The notes beneath the pieces are model-generated. The model saw only the letters and a list, made by a program, of their open reading frames with translations, had not been told where the DNA came from and ran no database searches. From Azolla caroliniana (lineage: Eukaryota; Plantae; Polypodiophyta), in NCBI GenBank assembly GCA_043228905.1, contig JBHGNT010000017.1, positions 13,578,001-13,642,000 on the forward strand: DNA of 64,000 nucleotides, read 5' to 3'. Made by a program: the position numbers and the translations under genes. Positions 13,218 through 24,400 of this stretch are shown one piece after another. The first letter of the stretch is position 1. Every line of letters starts with the position of its first letter.

Positions 13218-15243
13218 TTACACCCTATGCAGCATGCCTAGGACGGCGGATGGGGGAAGCTGATGTTGTTGAGCTATATGATTGCAAGTGGTGGTGGTGG
13301 TGGTGGAGGTGGCCGAAGAGGAGTGGCACACGGTACAGAGGAAGTAGTGCGGGTCGGGATGGGGACCGGGCCAGCTGGCCTCATACCGGAGCCCGGCGAC
13401 CGAAGCGTCCAGAACCCCGCTCCCGTAGACCACGACGTGTGCCCCCGACTCGATGTTCCCGAAGAGCAAGTCCTCGTCCTCCACCGCCTCGAGCGGCCCG
13501 ATGCCCTCCAGCCGGAACTCGCTCATGACACAGTAGGTGTCCCGGAAGGCGCGCTCCGCCTCCCTCTTCAGCTCCCCCACTGTGGCGTGAGGCGGGAGCA
13601 CCACCAGCTCCGCCATATCCACTGATGATGATGATGATGATGATGAGATTTGTACCATGTCTTCGGCCTGCACTCCCGTCCATGGAGCGCCTGGATCTCT
13701 CTTCTTCTTCGAATCGCTACCACCGCTGCAATGGCTCCTCTCCAAGCTCGCCTTTGAGCCTGCCAACGTGCCTCCTCCTCCTCCCTGCACCACCGCCATT
13801 GAACCTACTACGCTCATATTATTCCCTGCACCTTGCGTTTGCGTTTGCGTTTGGGAGCTCGACATAGCTGTAGCAGTGCTGCTGCTGCTGCTGCTCCCGC
13901 TCCCGCTGCTGTTCAATAGCATGTCCAATACATCCTCCAACAGACCCCCTTCTTGCAGCATGTAATTCTCCACGTTCTGTATCGCAATGTCTGTGCTACT
14001 CTTCACAGCTCCAGCTAATTCTTGTTTTGGACAATTATTATTATGATGATGATGATGATGATGAGGATGATCCGTCACGGATGAAGTTTGCCGAAAACTG
14101 ACCGATTCGCTATCCAGCGAGTTCTGCTGGATAATCTGAAGGCTACACATAATCCTCAGCATCTCGTCGTCATCCATGCCCCACTCTGTGTTGGCTGCGC
14201 ATTTTCTGGTCACTTCTCCTCTGTAATCTTTGATGAACTGTTTCGTATCCAAGATGATTCTTGTCGCCGTTGGAATGGCTAAAAGGACACTCTTCAGACT
14301 TCTCCTTGCAGGTTTATAGCTCTCCAGCACGTTCCTGTATAGGTACAGAATATCTCTGAGAACCTCAGCTCGGCCTACCTCGCAAATGTTGTCACTAATT
14401 AGGGAGCCTTTCGTCAAGGAATCGGGGAGCTGGACTATCCCCGAGTTCACGTCTTCCAGGCTGTACTCCAGAACTTTGGTGATGGGATTCACTGCTCTGC
14501 GAACCACATGATTCCCGACCACACGATTTCCTAGTGATTTGAGAACAAAATCAAGAAGACCAGTGTCCCCGATGTAGATCCTAGCCGCATCTCTCACGTC
14601 TTGCCGTGGCATCCACTTCTTTTCACAATTCTTCAGAGCTTCCACAATCACCTGAGTAGCAAGCTCCAGGCGTTTTAGGGACCATCGGCAAGGCATGTCA
14701 TGGGGGCCATTAGTAAAGCTGTGAGTCTGGAGAATGTTGCTGTTACTGTTGCTCCTGCTACTTGCCTGATGATTGCTATGCTGATGGTGATGGTGATGGT
14801 GATGGTGATGATGATGATGGCGATGATCTTGCTGGTCTCTTATCGTGAAGCTTACCTTAGGAAAGTTTTTATTGGAACTTCCTGCGGCTGTAGTACTAGT
14901 GTTACATGTTGCTATAGGATGCAATGGCAACCTTACCTTCAGCTCGATCATGTACCGGATAAGGTCCCCAACTGTATGAAGAGCATGGCCACTGATTCGT
15001 TGATATGTGGAGGCAATGGAGATGACATCTTGATCTATGCCTTCGAAGTGTTGGACCATCACGTTTAGAGGCATTCCACGGATAGCTTCTATGGCTTTCG
15101 CATACATCTGCTGTGTGATGCCGAAGCTTCCATTGCCAAACTTGTATCCCCATCGACCAAACCACGACTCACCATACGCCACACAGTGTAGGAGTCGGAA
15201 TTCAAGCGATCTCTTCTTTGCGATATCCTCCACGCTCACTTTC
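13218..15243 (-). CDS. MS1/MMD1-like gene, coding exon 3
   Basis: Acceptor TTTGCAG|G AAA GTG AGC; open frame to the stop at 13218. Confidence 0.9.
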
Positions 15244-16301
15244 CTGCAAACATAACCTTCATCATGAGGCCACATGTACTGAACTCAAACCGATCAATTT
15301 CTGCAAACAAATGGTGGACTTACGCTACAAATGACGAAGTAAGCTATTCAAGAAATATGTCGCGATTGTTTTTTTCTCTAATTATAACTATTTTAATTTC
15401 ACCTTGCTCGTAACATTGCGCAGATGCGATCCCATAAATCGACAATTTCTCTTCCAGAGACGTAGCGAGATCCTTTCTCTCTGCCGTTCACGCAGAGAAG
15501 GTGTCCAAAGCCATTGCAGTGCAGAACCCCATGAAGGAGATGGTTTGGCAAGTCAAGAATGTTGTGAAGTATATTTCCCTGCAGAGGTTCAGCGTTAAGC
15601 TCTGGTGATGGAATGATGAAATGGTAACACCTCTTGGAAACAAGATGATGGCTCCATCCTGCACAACATTATAAATTTCAACCTTTTCCATTAGCTTTAC
15701 TAACGATCACATTCCTGAGACATTTCTTGGCTATTCAGTTACCATAACTAGTTCTGACGACAGGGAAAAGAGGCGTACAGCTAGAGAAAGCAAGCATATT
15801 TCTCACTGCACAAGTCAAAACCTAAAGGTAAAACCCTAACCCTTGCGGCACTAATATGAATTATTACTACAACCTCAACGATTCAGAAGAAGTATGAATT
15901 ATGCATTCTGATATACCTATACAGCGGCAGTAGTCACAGTAAGGCAGACGAGGGGTGAACTGTATGTCTTCTTCTACAATAAGGAGAGGAACAAGAGCAC
16001 TTTGTGTTTCTTCTTGCAGAGAAATGCTCCAAACTATGGCGCCACTGCGACCTTCGTTCACTACATCATTATACAACAATTCGGATCGCTCTGCTACAGT
16101 CTGCAGAAAAGCTTTAATGTTGTCACGAAAGGCACCATCGTAATCACAAGGGCATCCTGGATCGCCAAAGGTATTGAACCTAAACAAGCGATCGTTGCTG
16201 TGTCGAGGACGTTTTCGAGAATTACTAGAATTGGTGGTGGTGTTCGGACCAGAGGGAATACTATTTGGTTCCACGATAGTTGTAACAGCCTTACAGAACA
16301 T
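13218..16301 (-). CDS. MS1/MMD1 (MALE STERILITY 1 / MALE MEIOCYTE DEATH 1)-family chromatin protein, 3 coding exons join(16301..15917,15658..15403,15243..13218), ~888 aa, PHD finger vestigial
   Basis: Family motifs KRPR..LFRFNTFGDPGCP..GAFRDNIKAFL, CDYCRCIGWSHHLVSKRCYHFIIP, HLLHGVLHCNGFGHLLCVNGREKGS, DLWDRICAMLRARKVSVED, LLHCVAYGESWFGRWGYKFG, RQDVRDAARIYIGDTGLLDFVLKSL, ELVVLPPHATVGELKREAERAFRDTY; GT-AG introns keep the frame (385+256+2026=2667 nt). Confidence 0.92.
15403..15658 (-). CDS. MS1/MMD1-like gene, coding exon 2 (absent from the ORF track)
   Basis: Acceptor TGTGCAG|GA, donor CAAG|GTGAAA; translates GWSHHLVSKRCYHFIIP...DLWDRICAMLRAR. Confidence 0.92.
15917..16301 (-). CDS. MS1/MMD1-like gene, coding exon 1 (start ATG inferred)
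   Basis: First in-frame ATG at 16301; donor ATAG|GTATAT after 15917; an acceptor TTTTTTCCACAG at 16332 suggests an upstream (probably UTR) exon. Confidence 0.8.
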
Positions 16302-16384
16302 CTTTCTTAACCAGAAGGATGGAAACTCCACCTGTGGAAAAAATATCAGAATAAAATACAGAAAAAGAGCGCACAGACACAGAC

Positions 16385-17090
16385 GAAGGAGAAGACGATA
16401 GTGATGATGATAAAGATGAAGATGAAGATGAAGATGAAGATGAAGAAGATGATGATGATGATGAAGAAGAAGATGATGATGATGAAGATCAATGGAAATG
16501 GCGATGGATAGTACAATAAGATTGAAGGAAGATCAGTTCTGGATCTCGGTAGCCATAGCTGGCGAGAATTCCTGTAAATTCATGGCAGAGGAGCTCCACC
16601 AAAGAGAGACAGAGAGAGAGAGAGAGAAAGAGAGAGAATCAATGGCGCCAATGAGCTGCTTCTTCTTCTTCTTCTTCTTCTTCTTTTATTTTTGTCGTTG
16701 TCATTTTTTTATTTCAATTTTATTTTACGATTGTGTGCGTGTGTTGTCTGGATAAAAAAATTATGAAATAAAAAAGGAATTAGGTGTGTGGTGTGTCATT
16801 TAATAAAATAAAAACAATTAAAATATATATAGATATACAAAAAATAATCGCCCCGGGTTTACGTAGATGATGGAATGCATACAACATGCCATACATATGA
16901 CATGGCATGTATGTATTGTATCTGTATGTATGTATGTATGTATGTATGTATGTATGCATGTGCATATTTACATATGTATGTGTGCATGTGTGTATCTATG
17001 TATGTATGTGTGTATGTATGCAAGCATGTGTGAATGTATGTCATGTGTGTGTGTGTGTGTACGTCATGTGTGTATGTATGTATGTATGGC
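16385..17090. repeat. Simple repeats upstream of the gene: (GAAGAT)n, (GA)n, (CTT)n, (TATG)n, (TG)n
   Basis: Directly visible. Confidence 0.85.
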
Positions 17091-19047
17091 CATTTTGTTT
17101 TTTCATTTGGCTTCTCACAATGAAAGAAAACATCTCTACATCTTGTATTTGTGCTACCCTTCGTTAATATCTGCTTGGTGCTAGAGTTTTTCCATTCTCG
17201 GGAGTCTGGCTATGCAATCCCGAACTTGGGTTTTGTAGCCTCCCTAGAAATCATGAAAGAGAGGGACAATGTCACGTTGGGGTAATAGATAAGTGCGCAC
17301 ACTTTCTAAGCATGAATACATGTCAAGCAGCCAAACTCTGACATATTGCACTTATTGCCCACGCAATGATGCGAAATAAACTTGCTTTATAATAACATTC
17401 TACCCGGGCCAAATCTTGATTCTATATACACATGGAAACTAGAGATGAGTGACGATTCGATTCTCTTGACAGTTCTTAATCATGTGAACTCAAAGTTCAA
17501 AGTTCTGTTGTTGTGAGCTAGCTTTCTACCTTCAGACTTTCTTAGACCACTTGATGTTTCCTATAACATGATTTGGCCTATTGACATATTGTTATGGGCA
17601 TAACAATAGGCACCCATTCTAAAAGCTAAATTTAATGGTTTAAGGTTGAGATAAATGGGAAACCTATTCTCAGTTATTGTTGGACTTGGGGCAAACCGAT
17701 AAAGACTTGTTACATGTTGTAGTTAAGTTGAGCTATATAAAGGGAACTAGGTACTACCTTATAGAGACTACTCACAAGTCAAAAGCTCTCAGTTGTTAGA
17801 TCCAATTTCATCTTGACTCTAAGGTAATTAAGCACCATTTAACCGTTCATTTCCTTAATCACTTCATTAATTGACTTTCATTGATATTCATTTGTGATAC
17901 CTATCTTTTGGTTATATATATTGCTAATAAACACTTCCTTGTTTTTCTAGAGTACCAATATTTGTTAGCATCATCACATGGAAATCGGCAACGAGGCTAA
18001 ATGATAGTAGTTTAATGTCATAATAATAAATTCTCAATACTAGTAAATTCATAGAATTATTGTTTGTGTGAAGTTTGTGGAGGGTTTTGTGACCTCCATT
18101 TTATGGGTGTAGTTTCAATCTATTTGATTCAAAATAACATTGTTACCCTTCATGAATGTCAAAGCATGTTCTCAATCTCGTGACCATGCACATGAGAATT
18201 AGAAGAATTAATAGTTCTTGATCTCGTCATAATAATATTTGCATATCAGCATTTCAATACAAATACAAGATTTCTTGATGGGCACAATGCTAAACATATG
18301 AAGTCGCAGTTTGAGACAAAAATCCTCAACTCATTTATGGATTTGACTATGTACTTTCTTAGCGTTGAGCACGTATTGTTTCTAAATAGAATCACCTATG
18401 TTGGTGTCAAATTCTTCGGTCACACTTATACTCGAGATAAGATGTTCTGTAGCATCCTTTTGTTCTTATAGTACCCTATACAACTCAAATCATTGCAATT
18501 CATTATTTACACAATTTACCAGGAGACGCTCAATAATTGGACGAATTAATATAGTTTGAAATCACAAATAAATATATTTGTAGATATTTAAAAAATGGGT
18601 GAACCCCTCCATTGTCATTACAAATTTTAGAAAACATGAATAAAAGAACAATTTAGGAACATGTTTCCATAAGGTTCTCATATAAAGACAAGAATTTAAG
18701 AAAGTTAATCTAAATTGAATGATAATAATAATCACACATGTATAATTGTGTTTGCATTTATTTAGTTAAAGAGAAGCTTAAACTAAATCAATAATTTTTA
18801 TTGAATATTAAGCTATAGATATCACTTCATAAACAAGGGAAGATATCATATATAAATTATTCAAAGTTTATTTGAATATTTGTTTTCATTTTGATATTTC
18901 TAATACTTTGTAGTAAACTCTAAGATTTATGGTTCATGAGTAACCTTGCCATATCGGAGAGCATTTTTAAGTCAATTCTTTTGGGCTACAACATATGGGG
19001 TTGATTTGAGTTGGCTAACTTCACTTTGCTTGATGGATATTTAAGGC

Positions 19048-19386
19048 TGAAAAGAGATATGTGCCCATACACAGAGTGCACAATCAGTTGTTCAAAAACA
19101 AAATCGTTAGATAAACACAGAGGTAGAGAGAGGGAGAGACAAAGTGAGCAGACAACAAAACTTTCTATTAGAAAAATGACTTTGTACATACAACTGTGCT
19201 CATAGAGCACTTTATATACAAATATTTGACATAGGCTAACTGAATGCTCACAATTGAGTGTCTAACACTAACTCCCACAAATATTCCTATTACTATTGGC
19301 CCTAACGGCCTATCAACTCCCCACTGATCCAGCCTAGCCTATCGGTCTCTGTCCAATCCGGCCCATATTGAGCTTGTCACTCAATA
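19048..19386 (-). repeat. Copia-type 3' LTR (element A) with PPT at 19387-19398
   Basis: TGAAAAG...GAGCTTGTCACTCAATA followed by CTCCCCCTCAAG (PPT on minus); termini resemble the LTRs at 2192-2621 and 26664-27099. Confidence 0.8.
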
Positions 19387-21448
19387 CTCCCCCTCAAGCT
19401 CAACTTGAGATCGGTTCCTCATGTCAGCATCCGCCGGTTCTCACACCCGACATCTCCTGGCTTCTTCACTCAGCTCCTCGTTTGGTCCGGTCCCGCGTTC
19501 CTCGACCCCTCCATGTCACATTCTCGACTCGAACCTCTAACCTATAATACACCCAGTACATAATGTTAGATAAACCATATGAAAACCCTTAAGTTACATG
19601 TGAACTTGTATATGGTTTAATATTGCATAGTTTAGCATATAGTAGTATATTCTAGAAATATTCTATGGTATATTCTAGACGGGCATATTCTAGAGATATT
19701 TCTCAGGTATATTCTAGAGATGTTTTTCAGGTATATTCTAAATATATTCAATCTTAGAACTTTTATAAATATGTGTGTTCCCCTAGATTACAATCAAGGT
19801 TAACAACACTAGTTACAGAGTCTTTCAATTAATCAACTCATCCTTTTGATTATCTTCTAGTCTCTTGTGCATATTATCTATCCATGACATTCTAATCCAA
19901 TGCTTCTCAACTCGTCTGGTTTCGGGTTTCTCGACCCCTACGGTTGGCTCATATGCTCCTCATGCCCTTGTTAGATCTCTTGTTGTTGCGGTATTGGCCC
20001 CCCTCGACCCATCGGCTCCTCCGTATCGGTGCCTGCTTCAATTACCTCCTTGTTCGCCTGGTTCAAACGGTTGTTGAAAGATCTGCAGGTGGAGGTTGTT
20101 GACCCGACAACGATCTATTGCGAAGAATCCCGTCTTCCACGCTCACACCAAGCACATAGAAGTGCATTATCACTTTGTGTGCGAGCAAGTTCTCAATGGT
20201 GAAGTTGAACCCCGATATGTTCAGATTGATCGGAAGGTGGCCAACATGTTTAAAAAGTTACTAGGACTAGAAAAGTTACGATGCTTCTCAGAAAGGCTTG
20301 ACCTGCAACATCTCGATGTGCCACACTTGAGGGGGAGCACTGACTATTGTCCGACCTTTCGGTCAGAACCTAAATCAACCATCCAATGCTGACATTGTTT
20401 TGTGACTCTCAAAGTGAAATTCACCTCATATGGAATCCAATATATCATGCTAAGACAAAGAATATTGAGGTGAGGTACCACCATATTCGAGAGCTCATCA
20501 CCGATAAGAAGCTTGACTTCTTAAAAGTGGATACTGAGGTGAACATCGCCGACAGCCTGATGAAGCCATTCCTAGATCAACACTTTGGCACACTAAGAGG
20601 ATTTATGGGAGTACAGAAAGCGAGTGAGCGAAGAGGAGCCGAACGAAAAGAATCAGAAGGTAAGTCAAAGATTGGCCCGACCAGACGAGCTGAAACGGCA
20701 AAGTCGAAGGAGTTGGGTAGTTGAAAGGCTACAAATGCAGCTGAGTGCGAAGCGACCGAAAGAACGAAAGGTGATTGAAGGACAAAATGGAGCCGAAAAT
20801 CGATCGTAGAACCTTTGAGGAGCACATGGTCTAGCATATTCGAGGAGTCGACGGTCTAGAGGCTGAAAACCGATTCAGACACCAGTTTATTCGGACATAG
20901 GCCGACTCAGATAAAGACTGACTACGCCTCTATTGATTCAGCTACCAACCGACGGGCTTGTAACATGCATAACATAGTTTAAATTTGATTTAATGTAATT
21001 TAAGTTTACTGGGGAGATAACCCCATTACATTGTATGTAAAATAGAGTAGTCCTTCTACAGGGGAGTTTGTTGGCATAAAAGGCCGACTCTGCCCAAACT
21101 TGTATATCTAGTGTGAACAAAGTTAACCTAACTATTTAAGTAGGTAATTATTCTTGAAAAGAGGGTTCAATGGTGAATGTAAAAATCTCTTTTGAGCTAA
21201 ACATCTCTCTTACTCTATGTGTAACTGTCTGTTCTTTTTGTTCTCCTCTGTAACAGTACACGAGTATCCTTGTTTCTAGATATCTATGTTGTCTTGCTTG
21301 ATTACACATAGGTCCTCAACAAGTTGTAGAAACGTCAACATTCAACAGGCCAACTGAGCCGTACATATTCGGCCTCGATCGTTGATGTGGTCGTGCACTC
21401 TTGAAATTGCTCTAGTGTCAAATCTGAACAAGTAGCCAATGGTCGACT
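19123..21448. repeat. Copy 1 of a ~2.3-kb duplicated mosaic of copia fragments
   Basis: Colinear with 26460-26663 plus 37889-39983; contains two plus-strand RNase H tails (KNPVFHAHTKHIEVHYHFV; NPIYHAKTKNIEVRYHHIRE), a PPT and an LTR. Confidence 0.9.
21069..21321 (+). repeat. Copia 3' LTR within the duplicated block (second copy at 39603-39856)
   Basis: Preceded by PPT AGGGGAG; TGTTGGCAT...CCTCAACA. Confidence 0.75.
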
Positions 21449-24400
21449 TGTTGAGAAGTAAGCTCAACAAAGGTATGTGATGCTTATTGAGAAATAAGCT
21501 ATATTAGCTAATTAGCTACTAGTGGACATAAAGGTGAAACAGTTATTTAGCTATGCACAACTATTTAGCTACTGACAACTATTTAGCTACAGATAACTAA
21601 TTAGCTACTGGAAGCTAATTAGCTGCATATATAAGTCACTTATAACTTAGGTAAAAAGAAAAAGTAAGAAAGTGAGTGAGAGTAGAGAGTAGAGAAGAAG
21701 AACAAAAAACAGAAAACTAACGAGAGCGAGTTGAGCTTTGCGTGTAATGAAGTAGAAGTTTTTGGATTGTGCAAAGGTAAGTCTCCTTCTCCTTTCCCTT
21801 TCTGTCCTGAGCACTAAATGATCCAGCACATCACGATCCGCTGTGCACACAGAAGAGCGGTAGCGCCTTTGTAACATGGTATTAGAGCTGAGTTGCTCAT
21901 AAAGAAGATCAGAACAATAAAGATTTGAGAAAGGTTGTTTCTCTATATGCTAATCTGAATCAGAGAGTTGTCTGTGAAGTTAATCATAGCAAAAGCCCTA
22001 ATTGAAAGAGAGAATGGCTGCTAAGAATGGAAGCCAAATAGTCACAGAAAAGCTGGATAAAAACAATTTCCCGGCATGGAAATTCAGAATGACAAATTTC
22101 CTGATGGGAAAAGGATATTGGGATTACATTGAAGGAGACCTAGAAGAGGCTCCAAAGATCCCTGAAGAAAATGCAATTGCTGCACAGATCAAAGCATTTA
22201 AGGAATGGAATCAAGGGGCAAGGAAAGTATTGCATTGGCTCTCACTTAGCATCTCAGATTCGATGCTTGGACACATACAGGATGCTATGCTTCCAAAAGA
22301 AGCTTGGGACAGTTTGGTAAAACTATTTGTAGTGAACACAAAGGCTAGAAAGCTTCAGTTAAAGACTGAGCTAAATACCTTGGAAAAAGGTAAGATGTTA
22401 GTGAATGAGTATGCTCTGAAAATAAAGAGCATATGTGAATCACTTGCTTCTATCAATGTGAAGGTAGAAGATGATGATAAGGTGGAAATATGCTTAAGAG
22501 GCTTAGGACCTCAATATAAAAGCTTCAAAATATCTATTCTCACAAGGGATAGCATCCCAAGTTTTCCAGATCTGATTTCAATACTTGTAGTGGAAGAAAG
22601 AAATTAGATGGATGATGTAAACAAAGGAAACTCTGAAACTGAGGGGCAAGCCCTCTACAATTGTGCTGGAAGAGGCCGAGGAAGAGGCCATGGAAGATTT
22701 GGTTCAGCTAGAACCAACAATAACAATCAAGGAAGAGGACAACAAGCTACAAGTGGAAGAAACGACATTAGAGGCAGGGGGAGCAATTGAGGAAGAGGTA
22801 AGCAAACTTATTTGAATGATGATGACTGTTGGTATTGTGGAAAACTAGGCCATACACAGGCTGAATGTTATAAAAAGCAAAATGATGAAAAAAGAGGGAA
22901 GAGACAGCAAAATAATTTTGCCTCAACTAGTGAAGACTGTGATAAAGATGGTGCATTTGTGGTGCAACATGAAACAACAGCAATGGCTGAATGTTCACAG
23001 AGATGTAATGAAGGCTTTATGTGGAATAGATTCTGGGGCATCTAATCATATGACAGGACATGCAAATTGGTTTCAAAGTCTAAGAGAACCAGAGATTCCT
23101 GGTTATGTACAAATAGGTGATAATACTACTCACCAAATAGAGCATGTTGGAGATATCCCACTGTGGGAAGAAAAAGGAAAAACGAAGTATATGTTGAATG
23201 TGATGCATGTTCCAAACCTTGCAAAAAATCTGATTTTTGTTGGATAGATAATGAGTGGAGCAAGGAATGCAAGTTAAGTTTAAGCAAAGTGGAAGCTTTA
23301 TAGAGAAACAGGGAAAGCTTATTGCAAAAGGAAAACGAGAAGGAATGATGTTTGTGTTAGATGTGGATATGCCTAAAAAGATTACAGCCATGTTTGCAGA
23401 AGGAATGAGTGTAATCTCATATGTGAAGATGTGGCATAAAAGAATCGGTCACATAAGCATGCAAACATTGAAAAATATGTTGAGGAAAAATGCAGTGGCT
23501 GGATTGCCTAAGTTAAAAGATTGTGAGATGAGCAAAATATGTGAAGCATGTCAATATGGAAAGCAAAACAGGTTGCCTTTCCCTTATGAAAGACATGTAA
23601 GCAAAAATTTGTTGGATTTGGTACATACAAATGTATGGGGACCAACAAAAAATGCATCAATTAGTGGATGTAAGTTTTATGTAACATTTATTGATGATTG
23701 CTCAAGGAAAACATGGGTTTACTTCATGAAGGAAAAAAACGAATTTGATTGCTTTCGTAAGTTTAAATGCATGGTAGAAAAGCAGGCTAGAACTAGAATA
23801 AAATGCCTAAGATCTGATGGAGGAGGAGAATACTTCTCAAATGAATTTTCTGATTTTCTGTGCAATTAAGGAATAAGCAGACAGTTTATATGTGGATATA
23901 CTCCACAACAAAATGGAGTTGCTGAGAGAAAAAACAGAACCTTAGTGAACCTAGCAAGAGCCATGATGACTGAAAAGAATATGCCATTGTATTACTGGGC
24001 AGAAGTTGTAAACACAACGAACTTTATTCTAAATAGATGTATAACATTTGGAGTACATGAAGTAACTCCTAAAGAATGTTTCTATGGAAGGAAACCTAGT
24101 TTAGGACACTTAAAAGTGTTTGGATGCCTTGCCTATGTTCATGTACCTGCTGAAGTAAGAAGTAAGCTTGATCCAAAAGCTGAAAAATGTGTTTTTGTTG
24201 GATATTCAGAGGAGCAAAAAGGGTATAGATGCTATAACCCTTTGACAAAAAAAATTGTGGTAAGTCGGGATGTAATATTTGATGAGTTGGGCAGCTGGTA
24301 CAACCCAAAACAAAATGTAGAAACTGATGAAGACAATGAAAATGAAGATAGGGATAAATCTGAAAATGTAAGATAGATAGATGGATAGATAGATAATCAT

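Noticed and set aside
13154-15255. Plus-strand and alternative-frame ORFs overlapping the MS1-like gene
   Set aside because: Shadows of a GC-rich coding exon
21490-21630. CRISPR-like short repeats with spacers (CTATTTAGCTAC)
   Set aside because: Degenerate tandem motifs in an LTR U3 region; eukaryotic context and no cas genes
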